Shown here: in pieces, positions 22,673-34,189 of the stretch
How the letters are laid out: each line of letters begins with the position of its first letter
Numbering within the stretch: position 1 is the stretch's first letter
Sequence record: OZ335962.1
Strand: one strand, 5' to 3'
DNA from: a phage
DNA: 64,000 bases
Made by a program: the position numbers and the translations under genes
Notes under the pieces: generated by a model
What the model saw: the letters and a program-made list of their open reading frames with translations, nothing else
Told to the model about the DNA's origin: nothing
Databases searched by the model: none

Positions 22673-25600
22673 ATGGCCGAGATTAAAAGAAAGTTCAGAG
22701 CAGAAGATGGTCTGGACGCAGGTGGCGATAAAATAATCAACGTAGCTTTAGCTGATCGTACCGTAGGAACTGACGGTGTTAACGTTGATTACTTAATTCA
22801 AGAAAACACAGTTCAACAATATGATCCAACTCGTGGATATTTAAAAGATTTTGTAATCATTTATAATAATCGTTTTTGGGCAGCAACGGATAATATTCCA
22901 AAACCTGCTGGAAGTTTTAATAGAATTCGTTGGAAAGCATTACGTACTGATGCTGTATATACAACCGTATCATCTGGACCGTATCAATTAAAATCCGGAG
23001 AAGCAATTTCAGTAGATACGTCAGTTGGTAATGACATTGAGTTTACTTTACCACCTTCTCCGCTCGATGGAGAAACAGTAATAATTCAAGATATCGGTGG
23101 AAAACCTGGTATAAATCAGGTTAAAATAAGTTCTTCAAATCAGAGCATTGTTAATTTTAGAGGTGAACAAGTACGTTCAGTTTTAATGACTCATCCAAAG
23201 TCACAGATGATATTCATTTTTAATAATCGTTTGTGGCAAATGTATGTTGCTGATTATAGCAGAGAAGCTGCAATTGTTACTCCATCGACTGCGTATCAAG
23301 CACAATCTAATGATTTTATCGTGCGTAGATTTACTTCCGCAGCGCCGATTAATATTAAACTTCCGAAATTTGCTAATCATGGCGATATTATTAATTTCGT
23401 TGATTTAGATAAATTAAATCCTCTTTATCATACAATTGTCACGACATATGATGAAACAACTTCAGTACAAGAAGTTGGAACTCATTCCATTGAAGGCCGT
23501 ACATCGATTGACGGTTTCTTGATGTTTGATGATAGTGAAAAATTATGGAGATTGTTTGACGGGGATAGTAAAGCACGTTTACGTATCATAACGACTAATT
23601 CAAACATTCGTCCAAATGAAGAAGTTATGGTATTTGGTGCGAATAACGGAACAACCCAAACAATTGAGCTTCAGCTTCCAACTAATATTTCTGTTGGTGA
23701 TACTGTTAAAATTTCCATGAATTACATGAGAAAAGGACAAACAGTTAAAATCAAAGCTGCCGGTGAAGATAAAATTGCTTCTTCAGTTCAATTGCTGCAA
23801 TTCCCAAAACGCTCAGAATATCCACCTGAAGCTGAATGGGTGACTGTTCAAGAATTAGTTTTTAACGGTGAAACTAATTATGTTCCAGTTTTACAACTTG
23901 CTTATATAGAAGATTCTGACGGAAAATACTGGGTTGTACAACAAAACGTTCCAACAGTTGAAAGAGTTGATTCTTTAAATAATTCTACTAGAGCAAGATT
24001 AGGCGTAATTGCTTTAGCTACACAAGCCCAAGCTAACGTCGATTTAGAAAATTCTCCACAAAAAGAATTAGCAATTACTCCAGAAACATTAGCTAACCGT
24101 ACTGCTACAGAAACTCGTAGAGGTATCGCAAGAATAGCAACTACTGCTCAAGTAAATCAGAACACTACATTCTCTTTTGCTGATGACCTTATCATCACTC
24201 CTAAAAAGCTGAATGAAAGAACTGCTACAGAAACTCGCAGAGGTGTTGCTGAAATTGCTACGCAGCAGGAAACTAATACAGGTACTGATGATACTACAAT
24301 CATCACTCCTAAAAAGCTTCAAGCTCGTCAAGGTTCTGAAACATTATCGGGTATTGTAACTTTTGTATCTACCGCAGGAGCTACTCCAGCCTCTAGTCGT
24401 GAATTAAATGGTACAAATGTTTATAATAAAAATACTAATAATTTAGTTGTTTCGCCTAAAGCTTTGGATCAGTATAAAGCTACTCCAACACAACAAGGCG
24501 CAGTAATTTTAGCAGTTGAAAGTGAAGTAATTGCTGGACAGAGTCAAGAAGGATGGGCAAATGCGGTTGTAACGCCAGAAACGTTACATAAAAAAACATC
24601 AACTGATGGAAGAATTGGTTTAATTGAAATTGCTACGCAAAGCGAAGTTAATACAGGAACTGATTATACTCGCGCAGTCACTCCTAAAACTTTAAATGAC
24701 CGTAGAGCAACTGAAAGTTTAAGTGGTATAGCTGAAATTGCTACACAAGTTGAATTCGACGCAGGCGTCGACGATACTCGTATCTCTACACCATTAAAAA
24801 TTAAAACTAGATTTGATAGTACTGATCGTACTTCTGTTGTTGCTCTGTCTGGATTAGTTGAATCAGGAACTCTCTGGGACCATTATACCCTTAATATTCT
24901 TGAAGCAAATGAGACACAACGTGGTACACTTCGTGTGGCTACACAAGTTGAAGCTGCTGCAGGAACATTAGATAATGTTTTGATAACTCCTAAAAAGCTT
25001 TTAGGTACTAAATCTACTGAAGCGCAAGAAGGCGTTATTAAAGTTGCAACTCAAGTTGAAACTGTTACTGGAACGTCAGCAAATACTGCTGTATCTCCAA
25101 AAAATTTAAAATGGATTGTGCAGAGTGAACCTACTTGGGCAGCAACTACTTTGGTAAGAGGTTTTGTTAAAACTTCATCTGGTTCAATTACATTCGTTGG
25201 TAATGATACAGTTGGTTCAACACAGTCATTAGACTTGTACGAGAAAAATAGCTATGCAGTATCGCCATATGAATTAAACCGTGTATTAGCAAATTATTTG
25301 CCGTTAAAAGCAAAAGCTGTAGATAGTAATTTATTGGATGGTCTAGATTCATCTCAGTTCATTCGTAGGGATATTGCGCAGACGGTTAATGGTTCACTAA
25401 CCTTAACACAACAAACGAATCTGAGTGCCCCTCTTGTATCATCTAGTACTGCTACGTTTGGTGGATCAGTTTCGGCAAATAGTACATTAACTATTTCTAA
25501 TACTGGAACAGCAACTCAATTGATTTTTGAGAAAGGACCTCAAACTGGAACGAACCCAGCGCAGACGATGACTGTCAAAGTGTGGGGAAATCAATTTAGT

Positions 25601-26542
25601 GGGGAATCAGATACAACACGTTCTACCGTATTTGAAGTTAGTGATGAAACGTCTAGTCATTTTTATTCTCAGCGTAATAAAGCTGGTAATATAACATTTA
25701 ATATCAACGGTACAGTAACACCGATAAATGTGAATGCTTCAGGAACATTGAACGCAAATGGTGTAGCAACATTCGGTAATTCAGTTACAGCCAATGGTGA
25801 ATTTATCGGTAAATCGCCAAATGCTTTTAGAGCGATAAATGGAAATTACGGATTCTTTATTCGTAACGCTGGTAATGACACCTATTTTATGCTCACTGCA
25901 GCCGGTGACCAAACTGGTGGATTTAATGCATTACGTCCATTATCAATTAATAATCAGTCCGGTCAAGTAACGATTGGTGAAAGCTTGATCATTGCTAAAG
26001 GTGCTACTATAAATTCAGGTGGTTTAACTGTTAACTCGAGAATTCGTTCTCAAGGTGTTAAAACACCTGATTTATATACCCGTGCGCCAACATCTGATAC
26101 TGTAGGATTCTGGTCAATCGATATTAATGATTCAGCCACTTATAACCAGTTCCCGGGTTATTTTAAAATGGTTGAAAAAACTAATGAAGTGACTGGACTT
26201 CCATACTTAGAACGTGGCGAAGAAGTTAAATCTCCTGGTACATTGACTCAGTTTGGTAACACACTTGATTCACTTTACCAAGATTGGATTACTTATCCAA
26301 CGACTCCAGAAGCACGTACCACTCGCTGGACACGTACATGGCAGAAAACCAAAAACTCTTGGTCAAGTTTTGTTCAGGTATTTGACGGAGGTAACCCTCC
26401 TCAACCTTCAGATATAGGAGCGATCCCATCTGATAACGGAATAATAGGTAATCTTACTATTCGCGATTTCTTACGAATTGGTAATGTTCGCATTATTCCT
26501 GACCCAGTGAATAAAACTGTTAAATTTGAGTGGATTGAATAA
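22673..26542 (+). CDS. 34: gp34 long tail fibre proximal subunit
   Basis: 1289 aa, same length as T4 gp34; internal tandem repeats of about 40 aa (ITPKKL...TETRRG...IAT). Confidence 0.95.
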   Translation: MAEIKRKFRAEDGLDAGGDKIINVALADRTVGTDGVNVDYLIQENTVQQYDPTRGYLKDFVIIYNNRFWAATDNIPKPAGSFNRIRWKALRTDAVYTTVSSGPYQLKSGEAISVDTSVGNDIEFTLPPSPLDGETVIIQDIGGKPGINQVKISSSNQSIVNFRGEQVRSVLMTHPKSQMIFIFNNRLWQMYVADYSREAAIVTPSTAYQAQSNDFIVRRFTSAAPINIKLPKFANHGDIINFVDLDKLNPLYHTIVTTYDETTSVQEVGTHSIEGRTSIDGFLMFDDSEKLWRLFDGDSKARLRIITTNSNIRPNEEVMVFGANNGTTQTIELQLPTNISVGDTVKISMNYMRKGQTVKIKAAGEDKIASSVQLLQFPKRSEYPPEAEWVTVQELVFNGETNYVPVLQLAYIEDSDGKYWVVQQNVPTVERVDSLNNSTRARLGVIALATQAQANVDLENSPQKELAITPETLANRTATETRRGIARIATTAQVNQNTTFSFADDLIITPKKLNERTATETRRGVAEIATQQETNTGTDDTTIITPKKLQARQGSETLSGIVTFVSTAGATPASSRELNGTNVYNKNTNNLVVSPKALDQYKATPTQQGAVILAVESEVIAGQSQEGWANAVVTPETLHKKTSTDGRIGLIEIATQSEVNTGTDYTRAVTPKTLNDRRATESLSGIAEIATQVEFDAGVDDTRISTPLKIKTRFDSTDRTSVVALSGLVESGTLWDHYTLNILEANETQRGTLRVATQVEAAAGTLDNVLITPKKLLGTKSTEAQEGVIKVATQVETVTGTSANTAVSPKNLKWIVQSEPTWAATTLVRGFVKTSSGSITFVGNDTVGSTQSLDLYEKNSYAVSPYELNRVLANYLPLKAKAVDSNLLDGLDSSQFIRRDIAQTVNGSLTLTQQTNLSAPLVSSSTATFGGSVSANSTLTISNTGTATQLIFEKGPQTGTNPAQTMTVKVWGNQFSGESDTTRSTVFEVSDETSSHFYSQRNKAGNITFNINGTVTPINVNASGTLNANGVATFGNSVTANGEFIGKSPNAFRAINGNYGFFIRNAGNDTYFMLTAAGDQTGGFNALRPLSINNQSGQVTIGESLIIAKGATINSGGLTVNSRIRSQGVKTPDLYTRAPTSDTVGFWSIDINDSATYNQFPGYFKMVEKTNEVTGLPYLERGEEVKSPGTLTQFGNTLDSLYQDWITYPTTPEARTTRWTRTWQKTKNSWSSFVQVFDGGNPPQPSDIGAIPSDNGIIGNLTIRDFLRIGNVRIIPDPVNKTVKFEWIE

Positions 26543-26550
26543 GAGGTATT

Positions 26551-27666
26551 ATGGAAAAATTTATGGCAGAGTTTGGACAAGGATATGTCCAAACGCCATT
26601 TTTATCGGAAAGTAATTCAGTAAGATACAAAATAAGTATAGCGGGTTCTTGCCCGCTTTCCACAGCAGGACCGTATGTTAAATTTCAGGATAACCCCGTT
26701 GGAAATCAAACATTTAGTGCAGGTCTTCATTTAAGAGTTTTTGATCCTTCTACGGGAGCATTAGTTGATAGTAAGTCATATGCTTTTTCTACTTCAAATA
26801 ATACTACATCAGCTGCTTTTGTTAGTTTCATGAATTCTTTGTCAAACAATAGACTTGCTGCTATATTGACTAGCGGAAAGGTTAATTTTCCTCCTGAAGT
26901 GGTATCTTGGCTAAGGAAAGCAGGAACTTCAGTTTTTCCATCAGATTCAGTATTGTCAAGATTTGACGTATCATATGCTGCTTTTTATACTTCTTCTAAA
27001 AGAGCTATTGCATTAGAGCATGTTAAACTAAGTAATAGAAAAAGCACAGATGATTATCAAACTATTTTAGATGTTGTATTTGATAGTTTAGAAGACGTCG
27101 GAGCTACGGGATTTCCTAAAAGAACATATGAAAGTGCCGAGCAATTTATGTCAGCGGTTGGTGGAACTAATAACGAAATTGCGCGATTGCCAACTTCAGC
27201 TGCTATAAGTAAACTATCTGATTATAATTTAATTCCTGGTGATGTTCTTTATCTTAAAGCACAGTTATATGCTGATGCTGATTTACTTGATCTTGGAACT
27301 ACAAATATATCTATCCGTTTTTATAATGAATCAAATGGATATATTTCCTCGACCCAATCTGAGTTTACTGGGCAAGCTGGGTCATGGGAATTAAAGGAAG
27401 ATTATGTAGTTGTTCCTGAAAATGCAGTCGGATTTACTATATATGCGCAGAGAACTGCTCAAGCTGGTCAAGGCGGACTGAGGAATTTAAGCTTTTCTGA
27501 AGTATCAAGAAATGGCGGCATTTCAAAACCTGCCGAATTTGGCGTCAACGGTATTCGCGTTAATTATGTCTGTGAATCGGCTTCACCTCCAGATATAATG
27601 GTACTTCCTACACAATCCTCTTCTAAAACTGGCAAAGTGTTTGGGCAAGAATTTAGAGAAGTTTAA
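26551..27666 (+). CDS. 35: gp35 long tail fibre hinge protein
   Basis: 371 aa starting MEKFMAEFGQGYVQTPFLSE; SD AAGAGG. Confidence 0.9.
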   Translation: MEKFMAEFGQGYVQTPFLSESNSVRYKISIAGSCPLSTAGPYVKFQDNPVGNQTFSAGLHLRVFDPSTGALVDSKSYAFSTSNNTTSAAFVSFMNSLSNNRLAAILTSGKVNFPPEVVSWLRKAGTSVFPSDSVLSRFDVSYAAFYTSSKRAIALEHVKLSNRKSTDDYQTILDVVFDSLEDVGATGFPKRTYESAEQFMSAVGGTNNEIARLPTSAAISKLSDYNLIPGDVLYLKAQLYADADLLDLGTTNISIRFYNESNGYISSTQSEFTGQAGSWELKEDYVVVPENAVGFTIYAQRTAQAGQGGLRNLSFSEVSRNGGISKPAEFGVNGIRVNYVCESASPPDIMVLPTQSSSKTGKVFGQEFREV

Positions 27667-27671
27667 ACTGA

Positions 27672-27699
27672 GGGAGCCTTCGGGTTCCCTTTTTCTTTA
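27672..27699 (+). terminator. rho-independent terminator after gene 35
   Basis: GGGAGCC-UUCG-GGUUCCC hairpin followed by UUUUUCUUU. Confidence 0.6.
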
Positions 27700-27705
27700 T
27701 AAATA
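27698..27705 (+). promoter_or_regulatory. late promoter TATAAATA for gene 36
   Basis: Exact TATAAATA 24 nt upstream of the gene 36 ATG. Confidence 0.65.
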
Positions 27706-27728
27706 ATATTAAAATAAAGGGGCATATA

Positions 27729-28379
27729 ATGGCTGATTTAAAAGTAGGTTCAACTGTGGGTGGATCTGTCATTTGGCATCAAGGAAATTTTCCATTGAAT
27801 TCAGCCGGTGACGATGTACTCTACAAATCATTTAAAATATATTCAGAATATAACAAACCACAGGCAGCTGATAACGATTTCGTTTCTAAAGCTAATGGTG
27901 GTACTTACACCGGTCCAATTACTATTAATTACGGGGTAAATAGTTATCTTCAATTAAGTAATAATGAAACCCCCATTCGAATTCGTTCTGGTGGCGGTAC
28001 CGGTAATACTCTTGTAATCGGTGGCTCTTCTGGTGGTATTAGTTTTAGACCTGCAGGTAGTGAAATCACTACTGGACAAATTACTATTACGCCAGAAGGT
28101 TTGACAACATTTACTAGGGCTGTAACGGCTCCATCTGTAACTGTTACATCTACTCCTTCAGCAGCGTCTGATGTTACTCGTAAAGATTATGTCGATGGAG
28201 CAATAAATACTGTTACGGCAAATGCGAATTCTAGAGTTTTGCGTAAAGGTGACACCATGACAGGTAATTTAACAGCGCCAAACTTTTTCTCGCAGAATCC
28301 TGCATCTCAACCCTCACATGTTCCACGATTTGACCAAATCGTGATTAAGGATTCTGTTCAAGATTTCGGCTATTATTAA
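27729..28379 (+). CDS. 36: gp36 long tail fibre distal connector
   Basis: 216 aa at the gene 36 position. Confidence 0.85.
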   Translation: MADLKVGSTVGGSVIWHQGNFPLNSAGDDVLYKSFKIYSEYNKPQAADNDFVSKANGGTYTGPITINYGVNSYLQLSNNETPIRIRSGGGTGNTLVIGGSSGGISFRPAGSEITTGQITITPEGLTTFTRAVTAPSVTVTSTPSAASDVTRKDYVDGAINTVTANANSRVLRKGDTMTGNLTAPNFFSQNPASQPSHVPRFDQIVIKDSVQDFGYY

Positions 28380-28387
28380 GAGGACTT

Positions 28388-31372
28388 ATGGCTACTTTAA
28401 AACAAATACAATTTAAAAGAAGCAAAACTGCAGGTCAACGTCCTGCTGCTTCAGTATTAGCCGAAGGTGAATTGGCTATTAATTTAAAAGATAAAACAAT
28501 TTTCACAAAAGATGACTCAGGCAGTGTTATAGAATTAGGTTTAAAATATGGAGGAACAATTGATGGTTCTTTAACTGTTAATGGAAGTATAGTTGGAAAT
28601 TTAACAGGTAACGCTGCAACTGCAACGAAATTAAAAACAGCACGAAAAATTAATGGTATATCCTTTGATGGGTCAAAAGATATCACGCTAACTCCATCTG
28701 ACATAAATGTCAATAGCACAACGTTTATAAAAAATAACGGCGAATTACCGGTTGATGCTAATTTAGATGAGTATGGGCCTGTTGAAGAATATCTTGGAGT
28801 TTGGTCGAAAGCAACTTCAACCAACGCTCAACCAGCAAATAAATTTCCAGAAGAAAATGCTGTAGGTGTGCTAGAAGTATTTGTGTCCGGTCAATTTGCT
28901 GGTACTCAGAGATATACAACCAGATACGGAAATGTTTATATTCGTTCCTTGACTGCTACATGGAACGGAGTAAATGGTCCGTGGAGTGTGTGGCGAAATA
29001 TTCAATCCGGTACTCGTCCACTGTCAACAACAATTGATCTTAATGATCTAGGAGGTGCTGAACACTTTGGCTTGTGGAGGAATAGTTCAAATTCCATTGC
29101 CACCTTTGACAGAAATTTCCCAGAAGAGGGGTCGTCAGCTAAAGGTCTTTTGGAAGTATATGAAGGGGGAAGCTATTCTCGTACACAAAGATATACGACC
29201 ATGTTTGGTGTTGTTTATACTCGCTGTCTTACTGCCGCGTGGGATGCTACTGCTCCTAAATGGGGACCGTGGCAACAAGTCGGTAATGTCACACCAGCGA
29301 CTTTCTATGATGGAAACCTGAATGATTTTAAAACTCCTGGGTTATATAACATTTTAGGCACTGACAAAGTTACTAACCGTCCAGTCGCAGAAGGCGTTCC
29401 GGTTGAGATGACCGCATTGCTTGAGGTTAAACAACGTGCTTCCGGCGCCGCTATTTTCCAACGTTTCACTACCGCAGGAACGGGATCTACTACTCGTGGT
29501 CGTGTTTTTGAACGTGCAATGACAAATAATATCTGGGGAGATTGGCACGAAGTATATACATCTTATTCTCTGCCAATTACTTTGGGTATGGGTGGTATTA
29601 AAGCTCAATTAGCGGAGTTAGATTGGCAAACCTTTGATTTTGTCCCTGGTAGTATGTTTAGCGTTCCTTTGAATAAAATAAAGAACATGCCAGCAAATAT
29701 GGATTGGGGGACGATTGATGGAAACTTGGTTATGTTTTCTGTCGGTCCTAGCGAACATACTAGCACAGGGCGTACTGTTCAGGTTTGGCGCGGTACTGTA
29801 TCCCAGACAAACTACCGCTATTTTGTCGTTCGTGTATTCGGTAATTCAGGAAATAGAACTTGCACAGTTCGTCGTGTTGTTCTTGAAGATGGTCGCCACA
29901 AATGGACAGCGCAGCAAGATTTTAATGGCGCAGTTAACTTCGGTGCTCCTACCAATTTTAACTCTACTGTTAACCTTAATAACACTACCACTTTTAAAAC
30001 AGAAGTTAAATTCCGCTCATTGAATGCATTTAAAATGTACGGCGGTAAGTTTGGCGCAATTTTCCGTAATGATGGAGAGAGTCTTTATATTCTTTCCACC
30101 GACGAAGATGATCAAGATGGAAACTTTAATACAAATAGACCTTTCCGTTATGAATTGAGAACTGGTGATGTTACTTTAGGTGGTACTAGTGGTGCTAACG
30201 TTTTAAAATTAAAACGTGATTCTCTCACCGCATTTTTTGGTGGTGATATTAATATAAAAGGCTTGATGACTTTTGACGCCGGACGTTTAGGATCACGAGA
30301 TTATTTTAAATTTAACCATTGGGGTGATAGTAATAATGCGCGTGATAACATTATTCAGTTAGAAGACAGCAAAGGAGTTCATTTTTCCACTGAACGTACT
30401 TTAGCGACTGGTGCAATTAAGACTAAATTTTTTGGTGAAGTTGAATCCGATGGTAGATTGATTATTAAACGTCCGGGTGATTCTATTGTATTATCAGCAC
30501 CTGCTAGTAATTCTTTGCATATTCGTGGTGACGTAGACGGGACTAATAACTGGTATATTGGTAAGGGTGGTGATGATAATGGATTAGCGTTCTATAGTTA
30601 TGCTACTAATGCTGGTGTATACATTACAAACGCAGGGGATATCACGCTAAGTCCAAAAGGCGTCGAAATGGCTCATGTTAATAACGTTCGATTATATGTT
30701 CATGGTGAACGTTGGACCGCTAGTCAACCAGGTGATTGGGGCAACCAATGGCGAGTAGAAGCGCCAATATTCGTCGATCATGGTTATGTTGGATCAGATA
30801 GCTATTATCCAATTATTAAAGGAAGAAGTGTAGTCACCAATCAAGGGTATGTAACTGCCGTCGATCTTGGTATTCGTCGTATCCCTAATAATTGGGGACA
30901 AGCAATTATTCGTGTTGGATCTGCGGAGGCTTCTCCTGATGCTGGTCATCCTAACGCGGTATTCGAGTTCCACTATGATGGGTTCTTTTATGCACCAGGA
31001 AATGGAAGTTTTAATGATGTGTATATTCGTTCCGATGGTCGTCTTAAGATTAATAAAAAAGAGCTAGAAAACGGAGCGGTTGAAAAAGTTTGCCGACTGA
31101 AAGTTTATACTTACGATAAAGTTAAGTCTATTAAAGACCGTAGTGTTATTAAACGTGAAGTTGGTATTATTGCGCAGGATCTTGAAAAGGAATTGCCGGA
31201 AGCTGTATCTAAAGTTGAAGTTGATGGATCTGATGTTTTGACAATTTCTAACTCTGCTGTGAATGCTCTTTTAATTAAGGCCATTCAGGAAATGAGCGAA
31301 GAAATTAAAGAATTGAAAACACCTTTCTTCACTAAAATTGCTCGTAAAATTAGCAATTATTTTAAATTCTAA
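28388..31372 (+). CDS. 37: gp37 long tail fibre distal subunit with a C-terminal intramolecular-chaperone-like domain
   Basis: 994 aa; N-terminus [21 protein letters not shown]; C-terminal about 130 aa resemble self-cleaving chaperone domains (T2-type). Confidence 0.9.
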   Translation: MATLKQIQFKRSKTAGQRPAASVLAEGELAINLKDKTIFTKDDSGSVIELGLKYGGTIDGSLTVNGSIVGNLTGNAATATKLKTARKINGISFDGSKDITLTPSDINVNSTTFIKNNGELPVDANLDEYGPVEEYLGVWSKATSTNAQPANKFPEENAVGVLEVFVSGQFAGTQRYTTRYGNVYIRSLTATWNGVNGPWSVWRNIQSGTRPLSTTIDLNDLGGAEHFGLWRNSSNSIATFDRNFPEEGSSAKGLLEVYEGGSYSRTQRYTTMFGVVYTRCLTAAWDATAPKWGPWQQVGNVTPATFYDGNLNDFKTPGLYNILGTDKVTNRPVAEGVPVEMTALLEVKQRASGAAIFQRFTTAGTGSTTRGRVFERAMTNNIWGDWHEVYTSYSLPITLGMGGIKAQLAELDWQTFDFVPGSMFSVPLNKIKNMPANMDWGTIDGNLVMFSVGPSEHTSTGRTVQVWRGTVSQTNYRYFVVRVFGNSGNRTCTVRRVVLEDGRHKWTAQQDFNGAVNFGAPTNFNSTVNLNNTTTFKTEVKFRSLNAFKMYGGKFGAIFRNDGESLYILSTDEDDQDGNFNTNRPFRYELRTGDVTLGGTSGANVLKLKRDSLTAFFGGDINIKGLMTFDAGRLGSRDYFKFNHWGDSNNARDNIIQLEDSKGVHFSTERTLATGAIKTKFFGEVESDGRLIIKRPGDSIVLSAPASNSLHIRGDVDGTNNWYIGKGGDDNGLAFYSYATNAGVYITNAGDITLSPKGVEMAHVNNVRLYVHGERWTASQPGDWGNQWRVEAPIFVDHGYVGSDSYYPIIKGRSVVTNQGYVTAVDLGIRRIPNNWGQAIIRVGSAEASPDAGHPNAVFEFHYDGFFYAPGNGSFNDVYIRSDGRLKINKKELENGAVEKVCRLKVYTYDKVKSIKDRSVIKREVGIIAQDLEKELPEAVSKVEVDGSDVLTISNSAVNALLIKAIQEMSEEIKELKTPFFTKIARKISNYFKF

Positions 31373-31404
31373 CAACAAGGGGCTTTGCCCCTTTGGAGAA
31401 AATT

Positions 31405-32205
31405 ATGGCAGTAGTTGGTGTTCCTGGTTGGATTGGAAGTTCATCCGTAAATGAAACAGGACAACGATGGATGAGTCAAGCGGCTGGTCAATTAAGATTG
31501 GGTGTTCCTTGCTGGATGAGTCAATTTGCAGGTCGCTCAAGAGAAATTATTCACACACTTGGAGCAGACCATAACTTCAATGGTCAATGGTTCCGAGATA
31601 GATGTTTTGAGGCAGGTAGTGCACCTATAGTGTTTAATATCACAGGAAATTTGGTATCATATTCTAGAGATGTTCCTTTATTCTTCATGTATGGAGATAC
31701 ACCAAATGAATATGTTCAGTTGAATATTATCGGTGGAGCTCATATGTGGGGCAGAGGTGGACAAGGTGGATGGACTCATTCTGGTGGAGATGGTAATGGT
31801 CAACAGGGTGGGCATTGTATTCAAAATGACATTGGTGGTCGATTAAGAATTAATAATGGTGGAGTAATTTGTGGCGGTGGCGGCGGTGGTGGCGGTATCG
31901 CTTATCGTCCTCACTCTGGTGCAAACTGGCAAGATATTGGTGGCGGTGGAGGAAGACCATTTGGCCCAGGAGGTGGCGGTGGTTATTCAGGAGGTGCTGC
32001 TTCTTATGATGGCCCAGGAGGCGGCTATAATTATGGTAATGCTCACTCTGGTCAGGGTGGCGACGCTGGCGGAAATGGACAAAATGCCTGGAATGATGGC
32101 GGTAAAGTACTAAAAGTCGGGGCTGGCGGGGCTGCAGGTTATGCTGTAATAGGGTCTGCTCCAACATGGCAAAATGTTGGAGTAATATATGGTCCAAGAG
32201 TATAA
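31405..32205 (+). CDS. 38: gp38 receptor-binding adhesin (T2/T6 type, glycine-rich)
   Basis: 266 aa from ATG with SD GGAG; N-terminus [13 protein letters not shown]...[10 protein letters not shown] and several polyglycine tracts (GGGGGGGG). Confidence 0.85.
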   Translation: MAVVGVPGWIGSSSVNETGQRWMSQAAGQLRLGVPCWMSQFAGRSREIIHTLGADHNFNGQWFRDRCFEAGSAPIVFNITGNLVSYSRDVPLFFMYGDTPNEYVQLNIIGGAHMWGRGGQGGWTHSGGDGNGQQGGHCIQNDIGGRLRINNGGVICGGGGGGGGIAYRPHSGANWQDIGGGGGRPFGPGGGGGYSGGAASYDGPGGGYNYGNAHSGQGGDAGGNGQNAWNDGGKVLKVGAGGAAGYAVIGSAPTWQNVGVIYGPRV

Positions 32206-32236
32206 TTTTGAATAAATATCCTTAAAAGGAGGGTCT

Positions 32237-32893
32237 ATGGCAGCACCTAGAATATCATTTTCGCCCTCTGATATTCTGTTGGGTGTTCTAGATCGCTTGT
32301 TCAAAGATAATGCTACCGGGAAAGTTCTTGCTTCCCGAGTAGCTGTCGTAATTCTTTTGTTTATAATGGCGATTGTTTGGTATAGGGGAGATAGTTTCTT
32401 TGAGTACTATAAGCAATCAAAGTATGAAACATACAGCGAAATTATTGAAAAGGAAAGAAATGCACGCTTTGAATCTGTCGCCCTGGAACAACTCCAGATA
32501 GTTCATATATCATCTGAGGCAGACTTTAGTGCGGTGTATTCTTTCCGCCCTAAAAACTTAAACTATTTTGTTGATATTATAGCATACGAAGGAAAACTAC
32601 CTTCAACAATAAGTGAAAAATCACTTGGAGGATATCCTGTTGATAAAACTATGGATGAATATGCAGTTCATTTAAATGGACGTCATTATTATTCCAACTC
32701 AAAATTTGCTTTTTTACCAACTAAAAAGCCTACTCCCGAAATAAATTACATGTACAGTTGTCCATATTTCAATTTGGATAATATCTATGCTGGAACAATA
32801 ACCATGTACTGGTATAGAAATGATCATATAAGTAATGACCGCCTTGAATCAATATGTGCTCAGGCGGCCAGAATATTAGGAAGGGCTAAATAA
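32237..32893 (+). CDS. t: holin T
   Basis: 218 aa, single N-terminal TM helix and a large periplasmic domain, as in the T4 holin; SD AAGGAGG. Confidence 0.9.
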   Translation: MAAPRISFSPSDILLGVLDRLFKDNATGKVLASRVAVVILLFIMAIVWYRGDSFFEYYKQSKYETYSEIIEKERNARFESVALEQLQIVHISSEADFSAVYSFRPKNLNYFVDIIAYEGKLPSTISEKSLGGYPVDKTMDEYAVHLNGRHYYSNSKFAFLPTKKPTPEINYMYSCPYFNLDNIYAGTITMYWYRNDHISNDRLESICAQAARILGRAK

Positions 32894-33166
32894 TTATTTG
32901 TTTGTATACATCTCTAGATATCGATATACACCCTCAAAACCCTCGTTGAATTCGTCGATGAGGGTTTTCTTATCTTCTTGAGTTAAGTCAGAAACAATTT
33001 TACGGAATGAATTCTGATTTAACTTTCTACCTTCATGCGTTACTCCAATCTCATTCAGAAATGCAATAAAATTAGCGCGATTCTCAACAATATCTTCTCT
33101 GGAAAATTTAATCAAAATAGACGCAACAGTAATAATTTCACGAACTGTATCAATATTTTTATTCAT
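32894..33166 (-). CDS. asiA: AsiA anti-sigma-70 factor
   Basis: 90 aa starting MNKNIDTVREIITVASILIKFSREDIVENRANFIAFLNEIGVTHEGRKL, matching T4 AsiA from memory. Confidence 0.9.
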   Translation of the reverse strand: MNKNIDTVREIITVASILIKFSREDIVENRANFIAFLNEIGVTHEGRKLNQNSFRKIVSDLTQEDKKTLIDEFNEGFEGVYRYLEMYTNK

Positions 33167-33197
33167 TAACTATACCACTCAATTAGTTGACTTTGCT

Positions 33198-33227
33198 ATA
33201 ATATCATCAGACGTTTGATTTGTAAAC
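33198..33227 (-). promoter_or_regulatory. early promoter for asiA
   Basis: Minus strand GTTTAC, 18 nt, TATTAT. Confidence 0.55.
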
Positions 33228-33328
33228 TGGTCTGTGGTATTTTCTTCAAAAAATTTTTTCTACGAATTCCTTGAACGACTTACGTTCCTGAGCTACATTA
33301 TGCTCGATTACTTTTTCAAGATTATGAC

Positions 33329-33607
33329 TCATTCGAAATAATCTTCAATTTCATAATCAAGGACATAAATCATTATAGTTTTTAATACATCATCAATACT
33401 TTTTCCTGGAGCTGGAATTACGTAAAAATATCCCGCCTTTGAATTATCTTTATAAGTTCCAATCAAGAAATCATTATTCCCAAGATGTAGTTCTTCAACT
33501 AATTCATTAACAATTGAGTGGTATAAATTTGGTAGAAACTTGTATAGCTTTTCTAGAATATCAATTTTGATTGTGTATTGAACCACAGATTGAGAATCAA
33601 TAATCAT
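33329..33607 (-). CDS. arn: probable Arn (anti-restriction inhibitor of McrBC)
   Basis: 92-aa acidic protein directly upstream of asiA, as in T4. Assigned by position and size only. Confidence 0.5.
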   Translation of the reverse strand: MIIDSQSVVQYTIKIDILEKLYKFLPNLYHSIVNELVEELHLGNNDFLIGTYKDNSKAGYFYVIPAPGKSIDDVLKTIMIYVLDYEIEDYFE

Positions 33608-33690
33608 AGACCTTCCCCTTATGTTTCTGTTTGCGATTAGATTCTTTAAACGCTTTCTTCTTATCCTTATGGACAGAAGCTTTATTAAAA

Positions 33691-33909
33691 TTATGTTTTG
33701 CGACTAAATTGTTCATAGTGCTGAATTACCTCTCTTAAACAATTGCACGTGAATGAAAACTTTTTAGCTACACCACATTCAAATATATGTTCTCTTAAAT
33801 CACGTGTATCAGTATATCCCATCTCAACGATAAAATGCCGTATTAGATTTTTATCTTTATCATTGAGAGAATTAAAATAATCGGATTTTGAATTAATTTC
33901 CCTGGCCAA
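33691..33909 (-). CDS. hypothetical early protein
   Basis: 72-aa ORF. Confidence 0.4.
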   Translation of the reverse strand: MAREINSKSDYFNSLNDKDKNLIRHFIVEMGYTDTRDLREHIFECGVAKKFSFTCNCLREVIQHYEQFSRKT

Positions 33910-34189
33910 ATTGAATCACCTTCAGTTGACGTTTTAGTTCTTTTATCATTTCTTCGTTCATCGCAATATAAAGATCGCGTAAAGCAGGTTTTAACATGTC
34001 ATTTATTATAGAACTAAATGGACATACATAATCTTTTCCTACAAGCTTTTTAGTGAATTCCATATCGCAGAACTTAAATCCCGGTTCATTGGCATAAATT
34101 CCCCAATTAGTTGACATCATTTTATTAGCATATTCCAGTGCCTGGATTTGATTCATAATTCCATCAATTTGAAACTTTTTAATATTCAT
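33893..34189 (-). CDS. hypothetical early protein
   Basis: 98-aa ORF. Confidence 0.45.
   Translation of the reverse strand: MNIKKFQIDGIMNQIQALEYANKMMSTNWGIYANEPGFKFCDMEFTKKLVGKDYVCPFSSIINDMLKPALRDLYIAMNEEMIKELKRQLKVIQFGQGN

Noticed and set aside
24089-24331. Antisense ORF inside gene 34
   Set aside because: It lies opposite the repeated-motif region of a well-supported 1289-codon gene, with no start signals.
31850-32197. His/Arg-rich antisense ORFs (31850..32197 minus, 31871..32113 plus) and a possible repeat array in the glycine-codon tracts
   Set aside because: They are artefacts of the GGN codon repeats in gp38. There is no repeat-spacer periodicity, so this is not CRISPR or a separate gene.
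32206-32236. Late-promoter-like AATAAATA upstream of holin t, and ATAAATAT upstream of the 57810 ORF
   Set aside because: One mismatch from the TATAAATA core. Plausible but not supportable as features from sequence alone.
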